From: Octopus vulgaris | Taxonomy: Eukaryota | Direction of reading: 5' to 3' | Assembly (NCBI GenBank): GCA_951406725.2 | Contig: OX597820.1 | Coordinates: 95,728,001-95,792,000 of the forward strand | DNA length: 64,000 nucleotides | In this document: piece by piece, positions 1-13,444 of the stretch | Position numbering within the stretch: the first letter of the stretch is position 1 | How the letters are laid out: each line of letters starts with the position of its first letter | Translations under genes and position numbers: made by a program | Notes under the pieces: generated by a model | What the model saw: the letters and a program-made list of their open reading frames with translations, nothing else | What the model was told of the DNA's origin: nothing | The model's database searches: none

Positions 1-255
1 GTTTTATATTGAGAATGTTTTTGCTGTAATTTAACTCAACGTCAGCTTCGATTATGATTATCTGTAATTAAAGGCTGTCCAGTCATTCCATCTCATCATT
101 TGAAGCATAATGTATTCAGTACTACTCTACCCAAGTTCTTTAGTTGTTTTAATTATTTAGTTTGTTTTAGCTGCCATGGCTATAGTCGTGCCGGAACACC
201 ACCTTTCATATATAAACTTTTTTTTAAGAAAATTTAGTGTGAAATACGGCTGCTA

Positions 256-639
256 TGGAAGCACTCAGTCGGTTACGACGACGAGGGTTCCGGTTGATCC
301 GAATCAACGGAACAGCCTGCTCGTAAAATTAACGTGTAAGTGGCTGAGCACTCCACAGACACGTGCACCCTTAACGTAGTTCTCGGGGATATTCAGCGTG
401 ACACAGAGAGTGACAAGGCCGGCCCCTTGAAATACAGGTACAACAGAAACAGGAAGTAAGAGTGAGAGAAAGTTGTGGTGAAAGAGTACAGCAGGGATCA
501 CCACCATCCCCTGCCGGAGCGTCGTGGAGCTTTTAGGTGTTTTCGCTCAATAAACACTCACAACGCCCGGTCTGGGAATCGAAACCGCGATCCTATGACC
601 GCGAGTCCGCTGCCCTAACCACTGGGCCATTGCGCCTCC
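256..639 (-). mobile_element. tRNA(Arg)-derived SINE, OR-like (tail type A)
   Basis: Minus strand begins GGAGGCGCAATGGCCCAGTGGTTAGGGCAGCGGACTCGCGG...GGTTTCGATTCC, giving A box, TCG anticodon-like loop and B box. Near-identical copy at 61230-61607. Probable TSD tacggctgcta (245-255) / tatggctgcta (640-650). Confidence 0.85.
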
Positions 640-741
640 TATGGCTGCTATATATAGTGTGGATCTCTATTGATCACCTGGTCATGGTGAACAACATCTT
701 GATCAACGCCCTACCAAGCTTTAAAAAATATATATATATAT

Positions 742-1150
742 AGGCGCAGGAGTGGCTGTGTGGTAAGTAGCTTGCTTACAAACCGCATGGTTCCGGGTTC
801 AGTCCCACTGCGTGGCACCTTGGGCAAGTGTCTTCTACTATAGCCTCGGGCCGACCAAAGCCTTGTGAGTGGATTTGGTAGACGGAAACTGAAAGAAGCC
901 CGTCGTATATATGTATATATATATATATGCGTGTGTGTGTTTGTGAGTCTGTGTTTGTCCCCTAGCATTGCTTGACAACCGATGCTGGTGTGTTTACGTC
1001 CTCGTTACTTAGCGGTTCGGCAAAAGAGACCGATAGAATAAGTACTGGGCTTACAAAAGAATAAGTCCCGGGGTCGAGTTGCTCGATTAAAGGTGGTGCT
1101 CCAGCATGGCCGCAGTCAAATGACTGAAACAAGTAAAAGAGTAAAAGAGT
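742..1150 (+). mobile_element. tRNA-derived CORE-like SINE with internal (TA/TG)n microsatellite
   Basis: A box TGGCTGTGTGG, B box GGTTCAGTCCC, CORE-like CCTTGGGCAAGTGTCTT, internal microsatellite at ~906-945 and (GTAAAAGA)n tail. Related copies at 26450-26580, 28290-28720, 30205-30420, 38035-38135 and 63570-63670. Confidence 0.8.
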
Positions 1151-1369
1151 ATATTAACGTTTCTTTGACATTTAAACGACTCTAGTGTGCTGTTATCGTC
1201 TTCGCGACGATGATGAGACCCACCAACTTACCTCGACTGCTTTACTATTTCTACTTTGCAGCTATACACGCTTATCGGAAAATTAAATGTATATCATGAA
1301 CATCAGCATCAATACTTCACTCTGGTCAAACACATTATGTGCTACTAAATACTAAATATATCTTAACTC

Positions 1370-1426
<57 letters not shown>

Positions 1427-2329
1427 ACGATCGGCAAATGTCACACGTCTGCAGTAAGATATTTAGAATATCACTCGAGACTTACAATCTGAAATAGTTT
1501 GAAGTGAATGACAGTTTACCAACACGAACATATTTTACACGCAGTTGATGTTGTGTTCTGTACAGAAACAACGTCTTCATAAATGTTTCCCTAAAACTAT
1601 AAGAGCCAAACGTAAAGTATACTAGCCATCTCAATATGGCTAACCACTAAGGGTGGGTGTTACTGTAGCTTTTTAGCTCCAGGAGATCATCGTCTCCAGC
1701 TGGCTTTAGGCACACTTTCTGTGCTCTTATGATAAGGTTACTGTTTACATCTCGTTCAGAGATTTATTATTGATATAAGAGTCTAAATTTGTCAAGTAAA
1801 ACGGGAGAATGCGAACCGCTGTGTGATATCACATCTTTATTTGAAGTCTGCTGTAATTCAAGCAAAAGATTTTGCTACGAGAAAAATTAAAACGGTTTAA
1901 TAGGTTTTGAGAATTTCAACTTCGATGTTGTCTTCTTGTTGGTGTTAGGGTTTCTTACTATTTTTTCTGGGTCTAATTCAGCTCGGTTCGAGTAGGTGTG
2001 AATAGAACTCTGAATAAGGATATTTCAAGGCCCACCATAATACCATTGTTTTTGTATTTTCAATTACAGTGTCTCTATGTTTATATTATTAACTGTGTTT
2101 ATTTTTAGGAAAGGCATTTAACGGTGATTTGGCTGGTAATTCTTGTTGCTTGAGTGGTGTCATAGAAGCTCTCTCATTCGTTAGTTTGTCCAATATGAAA
2201 TCAAACTTTTAGAATAGTACGTCTGTCAACTGGCGTAGCGTACTCAGGAATGCAGTTCTATGAATAGGTGAAATTGAACTTCAATATAATAGTAACCACA
2301 TTGCACTGCTACACGTTAGTCATTGACTT

Positions 2330-3420
2330 ACACGCGCTAGAGTAAGCGTACGTTTAGTGATTTCTGCTGTTTGTTGCAATTAAATGTTTGGAAGAGCAGT
2401 GTGTTTGTGTGATTATTCTGTTTCAAACTGGAGACAACATTTACAGAAACTGTTCTAATGGCGCATCAAGCTTATGGAAAGGATTATTTAAGTAGAATAT
2501 AAAAGCATCAGCTGTACACAACAGCGTCAGTAGTACACAATGTCAGCATTTCAATTCCAGAGGAGCATCCATCGAAGGCATTTCTGATACTAGATGCCTT
2601 TCAACAGCAAAACTGCGAAAGTGCGGAATGTGATCTGTAAAATCATCCATGAAATATCCGAGGGCTATAAAAGATTGCACCACATAATTTGGAAAGGAAA
2701 ATATCAAAAAACATTGTGTTGTTATAAGTTCTGTGTATATTTACGTACTAGCAGAAAAGTGAGTCACAATTAATAAGAACGTGTTCGATTATCGTTGAAA
2801 TGTTGATGAAAACTTTCTGAAAGGAAAAATAAAAAAGAACATGCAAAACGTGGGTGATGGCTGCAATATAGAAATAGTTAGGCAGTGATGGGGAGTTGTT
2901 GAGTTTCATTTTCCTCGTCGCCGTGGAGATAAAAAGGACATCAGAATCTCTCAAATGTCAAAGACATGGTATTATTTTTAACCTTGATAGAGCGTTGTTC
3001 ATCAGTTTATTCCACATGAGATGACTAATAAAGAGTTTTACTTTAATGTCTTGAGGGGTTTGAGAGAGGCAGTGTGAATGACGAGGCCTGATGTTTAGAC
3101 AAACAAAACCCTGATGCTACAACATGACATCACATCTGCTCACGCATCATCTCATCCGTGACGTTTTCGCAAACTAAAAGTAGAATCTTATCCACAGCTG
3201 GTCTAATCATCCGGATTAGGCGCATGCTGACTTGTTTTGTTCCCAATGTAAAAACCCACACTGAAAAGTAGCCGATCCCGGTCGAGAATGAAGGAAATTC
3301 ACTCCAAAAACTGCGCAATATCTTTGAAAACGTATTACAGGAAGCGTTCTACAACTGGGAGCGGTATATTAACAGCGAAAAAACAAGGCTGATTGAATGG
3401 TAACTAAAGTAATACATTTT
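2330..3420 (+). mobile_element. Highly degenerate mariner transposon
   Basis: Broken frames resemble the mariner N-terminal HTH (EQ..C..FCFKLG.TFTET, QAYG) and the C-terminal region (QHD..SAH, PD.A.ADLF.P). Many stops and indels. Confidence 0.6.
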
Positions 3421-4008
3421 AATTTCCTCTCCAATTTGTTTTTTGCTTCAGCCTTGCTAAACGAACTTCGATGATCTATTCACTGTTCAGGACATTGATT
3501 GTGACAGGAAGTTAACATTTCAGTAAAGTGAGACATACTCAACTATGCAGAAGAATTGGCTACAGTTACTATAATCAGTTTCGGGAATTTAATCCCGGAA
3601 AAATGGGAAAATCTATAAATACTATATATAAAATTGATATAACGTAAAGCAAAAGAGAAAAAAAGACAAACAATCCCACAAAAATAACCCAAGCAAAATT
3701 CATACATTTATCAATACTCCATCGTCGCAGAAGATAAATTTATTAAATAACTGTATATATTGAATTGTAATCCCAGTACGACGAGGAAAGATGCTTAGTT
3801 TGTTGCAAAACATTTCATTCGTGCATTTGTGATTTGCAACTTCGGAAATTATACGGAATACATACTCGACTGTCTAAACTGATAAATATAACAATTTGTG
3901 AAATTAATGGGCAATCCGTACCCACATTAGCGAAAGACAGATTCAATATGTATATATTTATGTATATGTATATGTGAATGTATTTATATATGTATATGTA
4001 AATGTGTT

Positions 4009-4081
<73 letters not shown>

Positions 4082-5199
4082 ATGTGTGTGTGTGTGTGTA
4101 TGCATACGTATGTATGTGTGTGTGAATGTGCAATTTCAAGAAGATTCAATAGACTATATCTCTGCAATTTGTAACTAAAAAATAATTGAGAAGATGCAAC
4201 TCTGAATATAGACTCACATTTACCTTCAGATAACTATTAACTATGATTTCAATATTCAGTCCTCTTTTATATTACAATCCAACGAAGCAGTATTGAATTT
4301 TCTATCGAACTGTGTTTCTCAATGCAGTATCATAATATGTTGAAGACTAACTTTATGTTAGTTATAAAAATAAATGTTAAAGACAAGAAAAAATTGATTT
4401 CGGGAAGTATACAAATTAGAACAAGTATACAATTGTGCATGAGTCAGTGTCACTTTAAGGATCGTTTTATAGTATTGTTTATATAAATAAAAGTTCTTTA
4501 GAATTTAGAAAACTAATAATTGGCCAATCTTTAGATCTAATAGTGTTACTTATTCAAAGTATTGATGTTATTGAGCTTAGTTAACATGATGTGAAAATCG
4601 ACAGGGATGTGTGCATATTGTGTATTTAGTAGAATATATTCAATGCCAACGATAACAAGAAGAGGAAATTAGTTCAGTGGAGTAGTAAATTTTGTAGTTG
4701 TTGTACAAGGAGCAGATAAGAGAACATTGGTTTCTGTGTGGTTGAAGTGTATAGATGAGTTTTGATTTGCTTATCTGTTCGGTTCCAGCATTTTAATTTT
4801 TGTATATGGTGCGTTAGAAGTTTGTGTTTAACAACTACATCATACAGTTATCTCTGTTGTTTCTGGATCTGACACGAAACTTTTATCTTTCGGACGCAGT
4901 TTCACATATACTCCATATATAGTTCATCTAAAGAGGTTATGGTGGAGTGAAAGGTAGAATTTTATCAGTATTAGAGTGTGCCTGTCGAGATAAAAGAGAT
5001 GTTTACAAATTCTCGACAATGTGTAATGAGCAGTCATCCATCCATCCATCCATCCATCCCACCATCCGTCCGTCCGTCCGTTCATCCGTTTATTTGTCTG
5101 TCTGTCTGTCGGTCTCTCCGTCTGTCTGCCTGCAAGTCTGTCTACCAGCCGTTTTGCCTGTCAGTGCATCTCTTTGTTCCTAACTAAAATGCATTTAAC

Positions 5200-6230
5200 T
5201 TTCATTCGGGTTACCATTAATTAACATTTGAAATGGATAGTCAATAGGTTCGTATTCGCGTTATAATGCTTTTTTCTTTTTAAAAAATGAGAAAATACTG
5301 CAAAAACTTGCAAAAGCATTTGTGAAGTTTATGGTGATAATACTCTAGGTGAATGTTCGAAGGTTGTTTGCAAAACTTAAAGCTGGAGAGTTTAGCTTGG
5401 AAAATGACAGTCTTCAAAATTGGATTACGATATTTTTAAGGCAAAAGTCGAAGAAAACTCAAATATCATGACTAGAGAACTTGCAGAGGAGTTTCGAAAA
5501 ATACGATTCATGAACACCTAGTGAAGCTAGGATACATTTCTCGCTATAATGTATGGATCCCTCACAAACTCTCAGAAAAGATTTGCTTGGACCGGTATTC
5601 TGTTTGTGATATGTTTTTGAAACGGAATGAAAGCAGGCCTTGTTTGAAAGAAACAACTTGTGGAGATGAAAAATGGATTGTGTGCGAAAAAAATCCTGGA
5701 GATTGCGTAAGGATTTCCCAAAACAGCAACCAAAGACGAATATCCCTGCCAGAAAAGCTATGCTTCGTGTTTGGTAGGATCATGAAGGCATTATTTATTA
5801 TGAGCTTCATCCACAGAACCAGACCATTAGTTCTGATGTGTACTGTCGTCAGCTGACGAATTTGAACTTTAAAAATCCAGAGAATTGAGACCGGGGATTG
5901 TTAACAGGAAAGGGGTAGCTTTCCAACAAGATAAAGCCTATCCAAACAAAGTTACATGAAATTGGCTGGGATCTCTTGCCCCATCCGCCATACTCTCCTG
6001 ATATTGCGCCATCCGACTACCACTTGATTTTGACTACAGAACTTATTGCAAGGAAATAACATTTGACGATTTAGATAGAGTCGAAATGTATTTTATTCTT
6101 CAAAACCACTCAAATTTTATTCTGATGGAATGTTTAAATTTCCTGATAGATGGGCAACGATCATTAATAATAATAGAAATTATTTCATTGAATCAAATTT
6201 ATCGAAAGGTCAATTATTTATATCCCTTAT
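5200..6230 (+). mobile_element. Degenerate mariner transposon (DD34D)
   Basis: Motifs WIPHKL, TCGDEKWI and [17 protein letters not shown] are visible across frames (ORF 5521-5856 and downstream). Frameshifted. Confidence 0.85.
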
Positions 6231-6252
6231 TGCACATTAAGATACATTCAGA

Positions 6253-6256
<4 letters not shown>

Positions 6257-6320
<64 letters not shown>

Positions 6321-6329
6321 TACATATAT

Positions 6330-6374
<45 letters not shown>

Positions 6375-6477
6375 CATATATACATATATATATACATACA
6401 TATATGCATATATATATATACATATATACATATATATATATATACATACATACATATATACATATATATATATAAAC

Positions 6478-6526
<49 letters not shown>

Positions 6527-6547
6527 CATATATAATACATATATATA
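6257..6547. repeat. (TA)n/(TACA)n microsatellite
   Basis: Read directly. Flanks LINE copy 1. Confidence 0.95.
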
Positions 6548-6579
6548 CTGGTCCAGTCTTTTCAGGAAGACACAAAAAC

Positions 6580-9500
6580 AGGCCATGTCTAACTTAATAG
6601 CACCACCTGGTGAAGTCTTTCAAGTCACAATTTGGGCACTATGGCCCACTCAAGTAGAGAGTTATTGTTTACAGAGACCATATCCGGGTGTAGGGGGTTT
6701 ATCCGGGATTTCTTGAAGGAATCTGTCCAAAGACTTCTTGAACCCTATAGGGTCAGTTTCTGTTTTAATGTGTTTTGGTGTAATGTTAAAGAGAGCGGGG
6801 CCAATTGAGGTGAAATAATTGTGCCGTATTGTTGTTATGAGATGAGAGTGCGATTTTTGTTTTGGGCGGATGGCACGGGGCCCAAGCCTTGGATGTACCT
6901 TAAAGGTGATGCCAACATCATTTGGGCAATGCTGATGGAATATTTTCCACATCATGCACATGATGTAGCGCTCACGACGACGTTGGAGAGAATAGAGTTT
7001 TAGCTTTTCTAGTCGCCCCCAATAGTCGAGGCCTGTCATGCCATCTATCTTTTTTGTGATTGCCCTTTGAGGTGCTTCAACTTTTATGATACCTTGTATT
7101 GTGTGGGGAGACCACAGTGGACAACAGTATTCAAGGTGGAGTCGGGCAAAAGTGGAGAAGAGAATGATAATGGTGTGTATATCTCTCGACTGGAAAGTTC
7201 TGAGAATCCAGGAACACATTCTGCGGGCCATGTCAACTTTGGTGTTTATATGAGTGGCCCAGCTTATGTTGTTGTCCACAATTACTCCCAAGTCTCTGAT
7301 GTTGTTGGACGCCGCGAGAGTTTCACCTGAAGGAAGGGAATATGGGAGTTTCAGGGCATCCTCTTTTCCAAAGTGGATTAGCTCAAATTTATCCTCGTTC
7401 AGCAGCATATTGTTTTTTTCTGCCCATTGGATAACAGCCAGTAGATATGACTGAAGGCATGTCCGGTCACTCGCCTCATTTATGACCTTCTGTAGCTTGG
7501 AGTCATCTGCAAAGATTTTTATGTTGCTGTGCTTGATGATGTCATTAATGTCATTAATGTAAATGATGAAAAGAAGTGGGCCCAGCACAGTGCCTTGCGG
7601 AACGCCACTACTGACTTTGGCTGGGCTTGATTTTACCCCTTCAACTACAACATGTTGAGATCTGTCTGTCAGGAAACACTTGATCCATTTCAGTAACTTT
7701 CCAGAGACACCAATGTTGGATAGTTTTTTCAATAGGATCTTGTGATCGACCCTGTCGAAGGCCTTACTGAAATCAAGGTAGATGACATCGGTGTTGGAGC
7801 CCTCTCCCAAAGCTCTCAAAATGTCCTCAAAGTGATGCAGGAGCTGCGTTAGGCAGTCCCTTCCATTACGGAACCCATGTTGGTTGGAGATCAGCCGTCT
7901 GTTGCTTTCCAGAAATTGGGTTATTCGAGATCTCACCACCCTCTCAAATACCTTGATGATATGAGAGGTGAGTGAGATCGGACGGTAATTCACTGCAAGG
8001 GACTTGTTTCCCTTTTTGAAAACTGGGACAACAGACTGGGACAGAAGGTTTTTTGGAATATAGCCAGCATCCAGTGAGTTTCTCCACAGATTAGCAAGGG
8101 GAGATGCAAGTTGGTGTCGACACACCTTCAGGACACAAGCAGGGAACCTATCGGGGCCTACTGCTGAATTGTGTTTTATTTCGTTTATCGCCGCTAAGAC
8201 ATCAGGGGCACTAAACGTTATGTCCGATATATTGTGTTGGGGGTTGACATCACTGATACAGCCCAGATCGGCCATATCAGGATTGCTGAAAACAGAGCAG
8301 TATTGTTTCTGCAGTATCTCGACCATGGATTTGGCATTATCTTGGAGAGTGCCAGTTTCGTCAATTAGAGGGCCTACAGTGGAGACAGTGACCCTGCGTT
8401 TCCTCGCAAATGAAAAGAACACTTTGGGGTTGAGTTTGATTTTTTCAATGGCCCACTTCTCCTCAGCTGATCTTTGGTTATTGATGAGGGTCTTCATGCA
8501 TTGTTGGAGGTTATATTTTTTGGATTCAAGCAGTGCGATAGCCGTCGAATGTATGTGTTGCTGTTGGCAGTACTTTAGTTTGTTAATTTTTTTGTTTGTT
8601 CTTTTTATTTTTCTGATAATGGTTTTTCTGTTTTGGGGGATTCTGCACTTTTTGTTCACAGGTCTTGGTGGGGAGTGTTTTGCACATATGTCTGTGACGG
8701 TGTCTACAAAGATCTGCCAAGATGTTTTATGGTTGGTGGAGATGTGTGTATGTGTAAAGGACCAGTCAACATGTGATAGCTCGTTCCTGATTGCATCCCA
8801 GTTGGCATTATGGAGATCCATGTTGTCAAATGTGTGGGCTGGAGGAAGGTCACTAGGATCAGCTTTCGGCTGGTGGAATTTCATGTTACAGAGAACCATG
8901 TCATGGTTTGAAAGAAGGGTTTTTTCCACTGTAACGTTATGTATAGTGTTAGTGTGGTTACTAAACACTAGGTCCAAAATGTTCTGATGTCTTGTTGGTG
9001 CAAGGACAAGTTGGGACAAGAAAAACTCATTCGTAAAGTCGAAAAGTGACTCTGCTGCTTCTTTGTCAGCGGTTGAGGCGGGAGTGCTTGGTTTCAAACA
9101 GTTTGTAGTCCAGTCAACACAGGGTAGATTGAAGTCTCCCATCATGAGTATGTTGCTAGAATGGCACTGTTGAATAAAGCACTTAATGCTGTTGAGGCAT
9201 TCTTTAAAGCACAGTATGGGTGTTTGGGGCGGCCAATAGAGCCCAATTACTGTCAGGTCATTGGCTTTGTTGTGCACGGTGACTGATTCACAGTAGCCGT
9301 TGGAGAATATACTATTTCTATCTGCCGTAAATGAATCATGCAGGAAAATGGCAGTTCCACCCTTCCTCCTGCCGATACGATCCGCGCGGATGGTTGTGAA
9401 ATTCTTCACTCTCACTTCGGCTTCCAAGTGGGAGTTGTCAAGGTGGGTCTCAGTGAGAATGAAGAAAGGGATGTGGTGTGAATGGTTACCAACCCAGTCT

Positions 9501-9875
9501 TCAATGAATTGAACCTTCCATTTTTGTGCATTGATGGAAGGGCTGACACCTTGTGCATTGAGTAGGAATGTGGAGGTTAGTGTAGTGGCTGGTTTTGACT
9601 GTTGCAGGGGGCTTGGATTTTTTGTGTGTGTTAGTGGCAGCAATGAGGGGAATTGGTGCACTGGGGTAATAGCATAGGATGGTGTTGAGTGATGGCTAGA
9701 ATGTTTTTGTGTATCTCTTTTGCCATGTTCAACATGGCTAAAAAAGAATTTTCCTGCTTAGGGAGCAGTTTTTGGCTGGAGGTGTGGTTGAACTGTTGGA
9801 TAGGGTTGTAGTTTCCACTTTTGTTGTTGTTGTTTTTGTGTCTTCCTGAAAAGACTGGACCAGCATTACTGCAGC
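6580..9875 (-). mobile_element. CR1-clade LINE copy 1 (5'-truncated, 3' tail missing)
   Basis: Near-identical to the copies at 39990-43925 and 46950-50505. Embedded in (TA)n on both sides. Confidence 0.95.
6662..9661 (-). CDS. LINE ORF2: APE endonuclease + reverse transcriptase (1-nt insertion alters the last residues)
   Basis: Motifs LTETHL, GDFN, LDLVF, NHD; [45 protein letters not shown]-terminus is GYGLCKQ versus GYVSVNN... in copy 3. No AUG before the APE domain. Confidence 0.9.
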   Translation of the reverse strand: MHQFPSLLPLTHTKNPSPLQQSKPATTLTSTFLLNAQGVSPSINAQKWKVQFIEDWVGNHSHHIPFFILTETHLDNSHLEAEVRVKNFTTIRADRIGRRKGGTAIFLHDSFTADRNSIFSNGYCESVTVHNKANDLTVIGLYWPPQTPILCFKECLNSIKCFIQQCHSSNILMMGDFNLPCVDWTTNCLKPSTPASTADKEAAESLFDFTNEFFLSQLVLAPTRHQNILDLVFSNHTNTIHNVTVEKTLLSNHDMVLCNMKFHQPKADPSDLPPAHTFDNMDLHNANWDAIRNELSHVDWSFTHTHISTNHKTSWQIFVDTVTDICAKHSPPRPVNKKCRIPQNRKTIIRKIKRTNKKINKLKYCQQQHIHSTAIALLESKKYNLQQCMKTLINNQRSAEEKWAIEKIKLNPKVFFSFARKRRVTVSTVGPLIDETGTLQDNAKSMVEILQKQYCSVFSNPDMADLGCISDVNPQHNISDITFSAPDVLAAINEIKHNSAVGPDRFPACVLKVCRHQLASPLANLWRNSLDAGYIPKNLLSQSVVPVFKKGNKSLAVNYRPISLTSHIIKVFERVVRSRITQFLESNRRLISNQHGFRNGRDCLTQLLHHFEDILRALGEGSNTDVIYLDFSKAFDRVDHKILLKKLSNIGVSGKLLKWIKCFLTDRSQHVVVEGVKSSPAKVSSGVPQGTVLGPLLFIIYINDINDIIKHSNIKIFADDSKLQKVINEASDRTCLQSYLLAVIQWAEKNNMLLNEDKFELIHFGKEDALKLPYSLPSGETLAASNNIRDLGVIVDNNISWATHINTKVDMARRMCSWILRTFQSRDIHTIIILFSTFARLHLEYCCPLWSPHTIQGIIKVEAPQRAITKKIDGMTGLDYWGRLEKLKLYSLQRRRERYIMCMMWKIFHQHCPNDVGITFKVHPRLGPRAIRPKQKSHSHLITTIRHNYFTSIGPALFNITPKHIKTETDPIGFKKSLDRFLQEIPDKPPTPGYGLCKQ

Positions 9876-10343
9876 ATACATATATATATATATATATACA
9901 TATATATATACATACATATATATATACATATATATATTCATACATATATATATACATATATATATATACATATATATATACAAATATATATATACATATA
10001 TATACATACATATATATATACATACATATATATATATACATACATATATATATATACATACCTATATATATATGCATATATATATATATACATACATACA
10101 TATATATATACATATATATATACATACACACACACACATATATATATATATACATGCATATATACATATATACATACATATATACACACATATATACATA
10201 TATATATATATATATATACATACATATATACATACATATATACATATATATATACATACATATATACATATATATATACATATATATATACATACATATA
10301 TAAATATATATATACATACATACATATATACACACACATATAT

Positions 10344-10406
<63 letters not shown>
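9876..10406. repeat. (TA)n/(TACA)n microsatellite
   Basis: Read directly. Confidence 0.95.
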
Positions 10407-10409
<3 letters not shown>

Positions 10410-10539
10410 GGCTGCGTAAGACATTTGAGGACAGATTTATATTTATAGAAAAACGTATATAATAACAGATTAGAACTTTATCAAAAAATGCTATGATGAT
10501 AAAAATAAACCTCATAATGTTATGCAATGAAGCCACCTT

Positions 10540-11647
10540 CAGTTTCATTAACTGCTTCTATATGAGATCTGAATCACCTATATGCTCGAATCAAGTGGTC
10601 CTGGTTCATTTTGGATATTAGTCTGCCTATGGTTGCTTTCAAAGAATTTTTGGTGTTATGGGCGTGTTCATGGGCTTCTCTCTCAACAACGCTTCATGTG
10701 TAATAGTCCAATGGATTGAGATCTGGGGAAGAAGGAGGCCAAATGTTATGGGTTATGTGATCATAAAAATTTTCAGCCATCCATTCTTGTGCTACTAGAG
10801 CCATGTTTGATAGTACAGAGTCTTACTGAAACACACATGGCCTTTCAATGCATACACTGTCTATCCATGACAGCAATTATTTCCAGGACCTCAATGTAGG
10901 CAGCAGAGTTAACTTTAAGGCCCTGTGGAAAGAAGTAAGGTGGTATAGCATGTCCTTCATTCCTGACATCCCCTAAAATTTTGACAATTGCAGGAAATTT
11001 TGTATGCATAACACTTGGAACTTCAGAAGGGTTTGCACATAACCATCCGTAATTTCTTCTGTAAACTTTTTGATCTTGATCAAAATTTTTCTCATTTGAG
11101 AAAAACCAAATCAAATCTTCTGCTGGGTTTTTCAGTTTGTTTAAGAGCCTTTTAGACCTGCTGTAGTGATTTTCGTTTGGCTTTTCTAACAAACTGACCT
11201 TTCCTCATCATATAAGACATATCTGATGTCTTCGTGGACAACACTTCTGACTATCCATTCTGATACATGGAGATCTTTTGCAAGTGACCTCATGGACTTT
11301 CTGGGATTGTAATCAATGGCCTGTTGAACTTGCTGGATAAATGGAGATGCTCCGATGATTTCAGTGTGTTTAGAATGCTTTGTATGCTTGTGATACTGGT
11401 GATACGCTTCCATTATAAGTCTCTAACTCCTTAAAAACTTTGTATATGAAAGATCTGGCAACTTTTAAAAATCGAGATATTTCTAAACCGCTATAGTCAG
11501 CCTTTATAAACCACAATAACAGCATGCCTCTTCATTTCTTGAGTAAGGTGCTATTATTATTTTCTGAAACAAAGATTATACAGATACAGCAAAAAATGTA
11601 GGAATGACCCCAAAAAGGTATGCCTCAAATACCTTACGCACTCTGTA

Positions 11648-11650
<3 letters not shown>
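10540..11650 (-). mobile_element. Degenerate Tc1/mariner-superfamily transposon, maT/DD37D-like
   Basis: FFSNEKNFDQ, MHTKFPA, PPYFFPQGLKVNS and IWPPSSPDLNPLDYY on the minus strand. Terminus TACAGAGTGCG next to (TA)n. Confidence 0.8.
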
Positions 11651-11714
<64 letters not shown>

Positions 11715-11765
11715 ATGTATGTATGTATGTATGTATGTATGTATGTATGCATGTATGTATGTATG

Positions 11766-11812
<47 letters not shown>

Positions 11813-12671
11813 GAGCAAAACACACCAGCCGTCCAATGTACGGTGCTGAGTTGTCAATAATTTAACTCAAATTTTCTCAAAACAATTTGTCCGACCGTCC
11901 CATAGGCCTCCCCTTTGAGAAACACTTATTTAACCTAAATTTGAGACACCAGCAAAAGAAGATATAAAGATAGACCTTTTCTATTCCAAAGAAAAACGAT
12001 TTTATTCATACAAATATGCAACCGAAGAGTTTTAAGTACCAGTAATGATAAGGCTGTTGACTGGGAGAACACAAACATGGTTTAAACAGTAAGCTTGGCA
12101 GGAAAGAAACGTGCCTTTAAGCAGTAAAAAAGCAACAAAAAATGGAAGGTGCAGTTATGTACAGGTTGACAGAAGAAGAGCAGGACAAAAACGGCTTTAT
12201 TGATCGCATTCTCACCTGGAATCAATTTTTGTAATTTTTTCAAGACTTATACACGCCCTGATACCATCGGTATCTACGTATTTGAGCGCAATCGGATGGA
12301 AGATGCCCGAGATGCTAGAAGACACTCACACAGACAGAGAGAACGGATTTTATATAACAGATATACATATTTACGTATATATATATATATCTATATATAT
12401 ATATACACATTTATATAATAAATACACACATATGTAAACATTTATATGTGCACACACACACACAAACACACACAAACACACAAACACATAAAGTTTCGTT
12501 GATGTAAACAGGAAAAATAGACCTAACAACATGAGTATATATATATGCATATGATGTACACATATACGCAGATATATATATATATATATATATGTACATA
12601 AGTGTGTGTGTGTGTTTCTATATGTATGTATATATTTACAAACATATAATCATCTACAGCCATTTTACGTT

Positions 12672-12779
<108 letters not shown>

Positions 12780-13258
12780 TATATAAGTGTTAGGTGTGGT
12801 GTACAGAAATTGAATAATGAGAAAAAAGGTCGCCAGGATTTTGTAATAAATATTTATTTCTCCATTATTATTACCACTTTCGTTCGTTTTTAGAACTTGT
12901 CAAATAGAATTTTGCGAATTTACAAACAGCTTGTTCATTTATATAAAACATTGGCGGAGGCGGATGTGTTTAGAAGAAGAGAACATTGTTTTTGTCTTTT
13001 TTGGGTGAGATTCCATGACAATAGAGATAGATAGAAATATAGGTAGATAGATAAATAGATCGATAGATAGATATAGATAGACAGATAGATAGGTAGAGAG
13101 AGAGAAAGGGGATCCCCCTTCCTTTTCACCATTCATTTATTTCTTTAACCTTTTACCATATTATATATATATATATATATAGAACAAGTAGAAAGATAAA
13201 TGTTTAATCAACGCGTAGATTCTGAACAGTACATATATAAGGATAAAATCCTTTATAT

Positions 13259-13341
<83 letters not shown>

Positions 13342-13444
13342 GTATCTACGCGTTGATTAAAAATTTATCATTCTACTTGTTCTGCAATACATTTCAACCC
13401 TTGGAAAACAAACTTGTTTGTTTAAATCGGACGTTTTATATATA

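Noticed and set aside
560-639. tRNA-Arg-like sequences (also ~60880-60951, 61535-61607)
   Set aside because: These are SINE heads: no proper acceptor stem, and they continue into a shared repeat body.
8169-8987. 272-aa antisense ORF recurring in the LINE copies (also 48053-48871, 41549-42157)
   Set aside because: It is a shadow frame of ORF2. Recurrence reflects near-identity of the copies, and there are no recognisable motifs.
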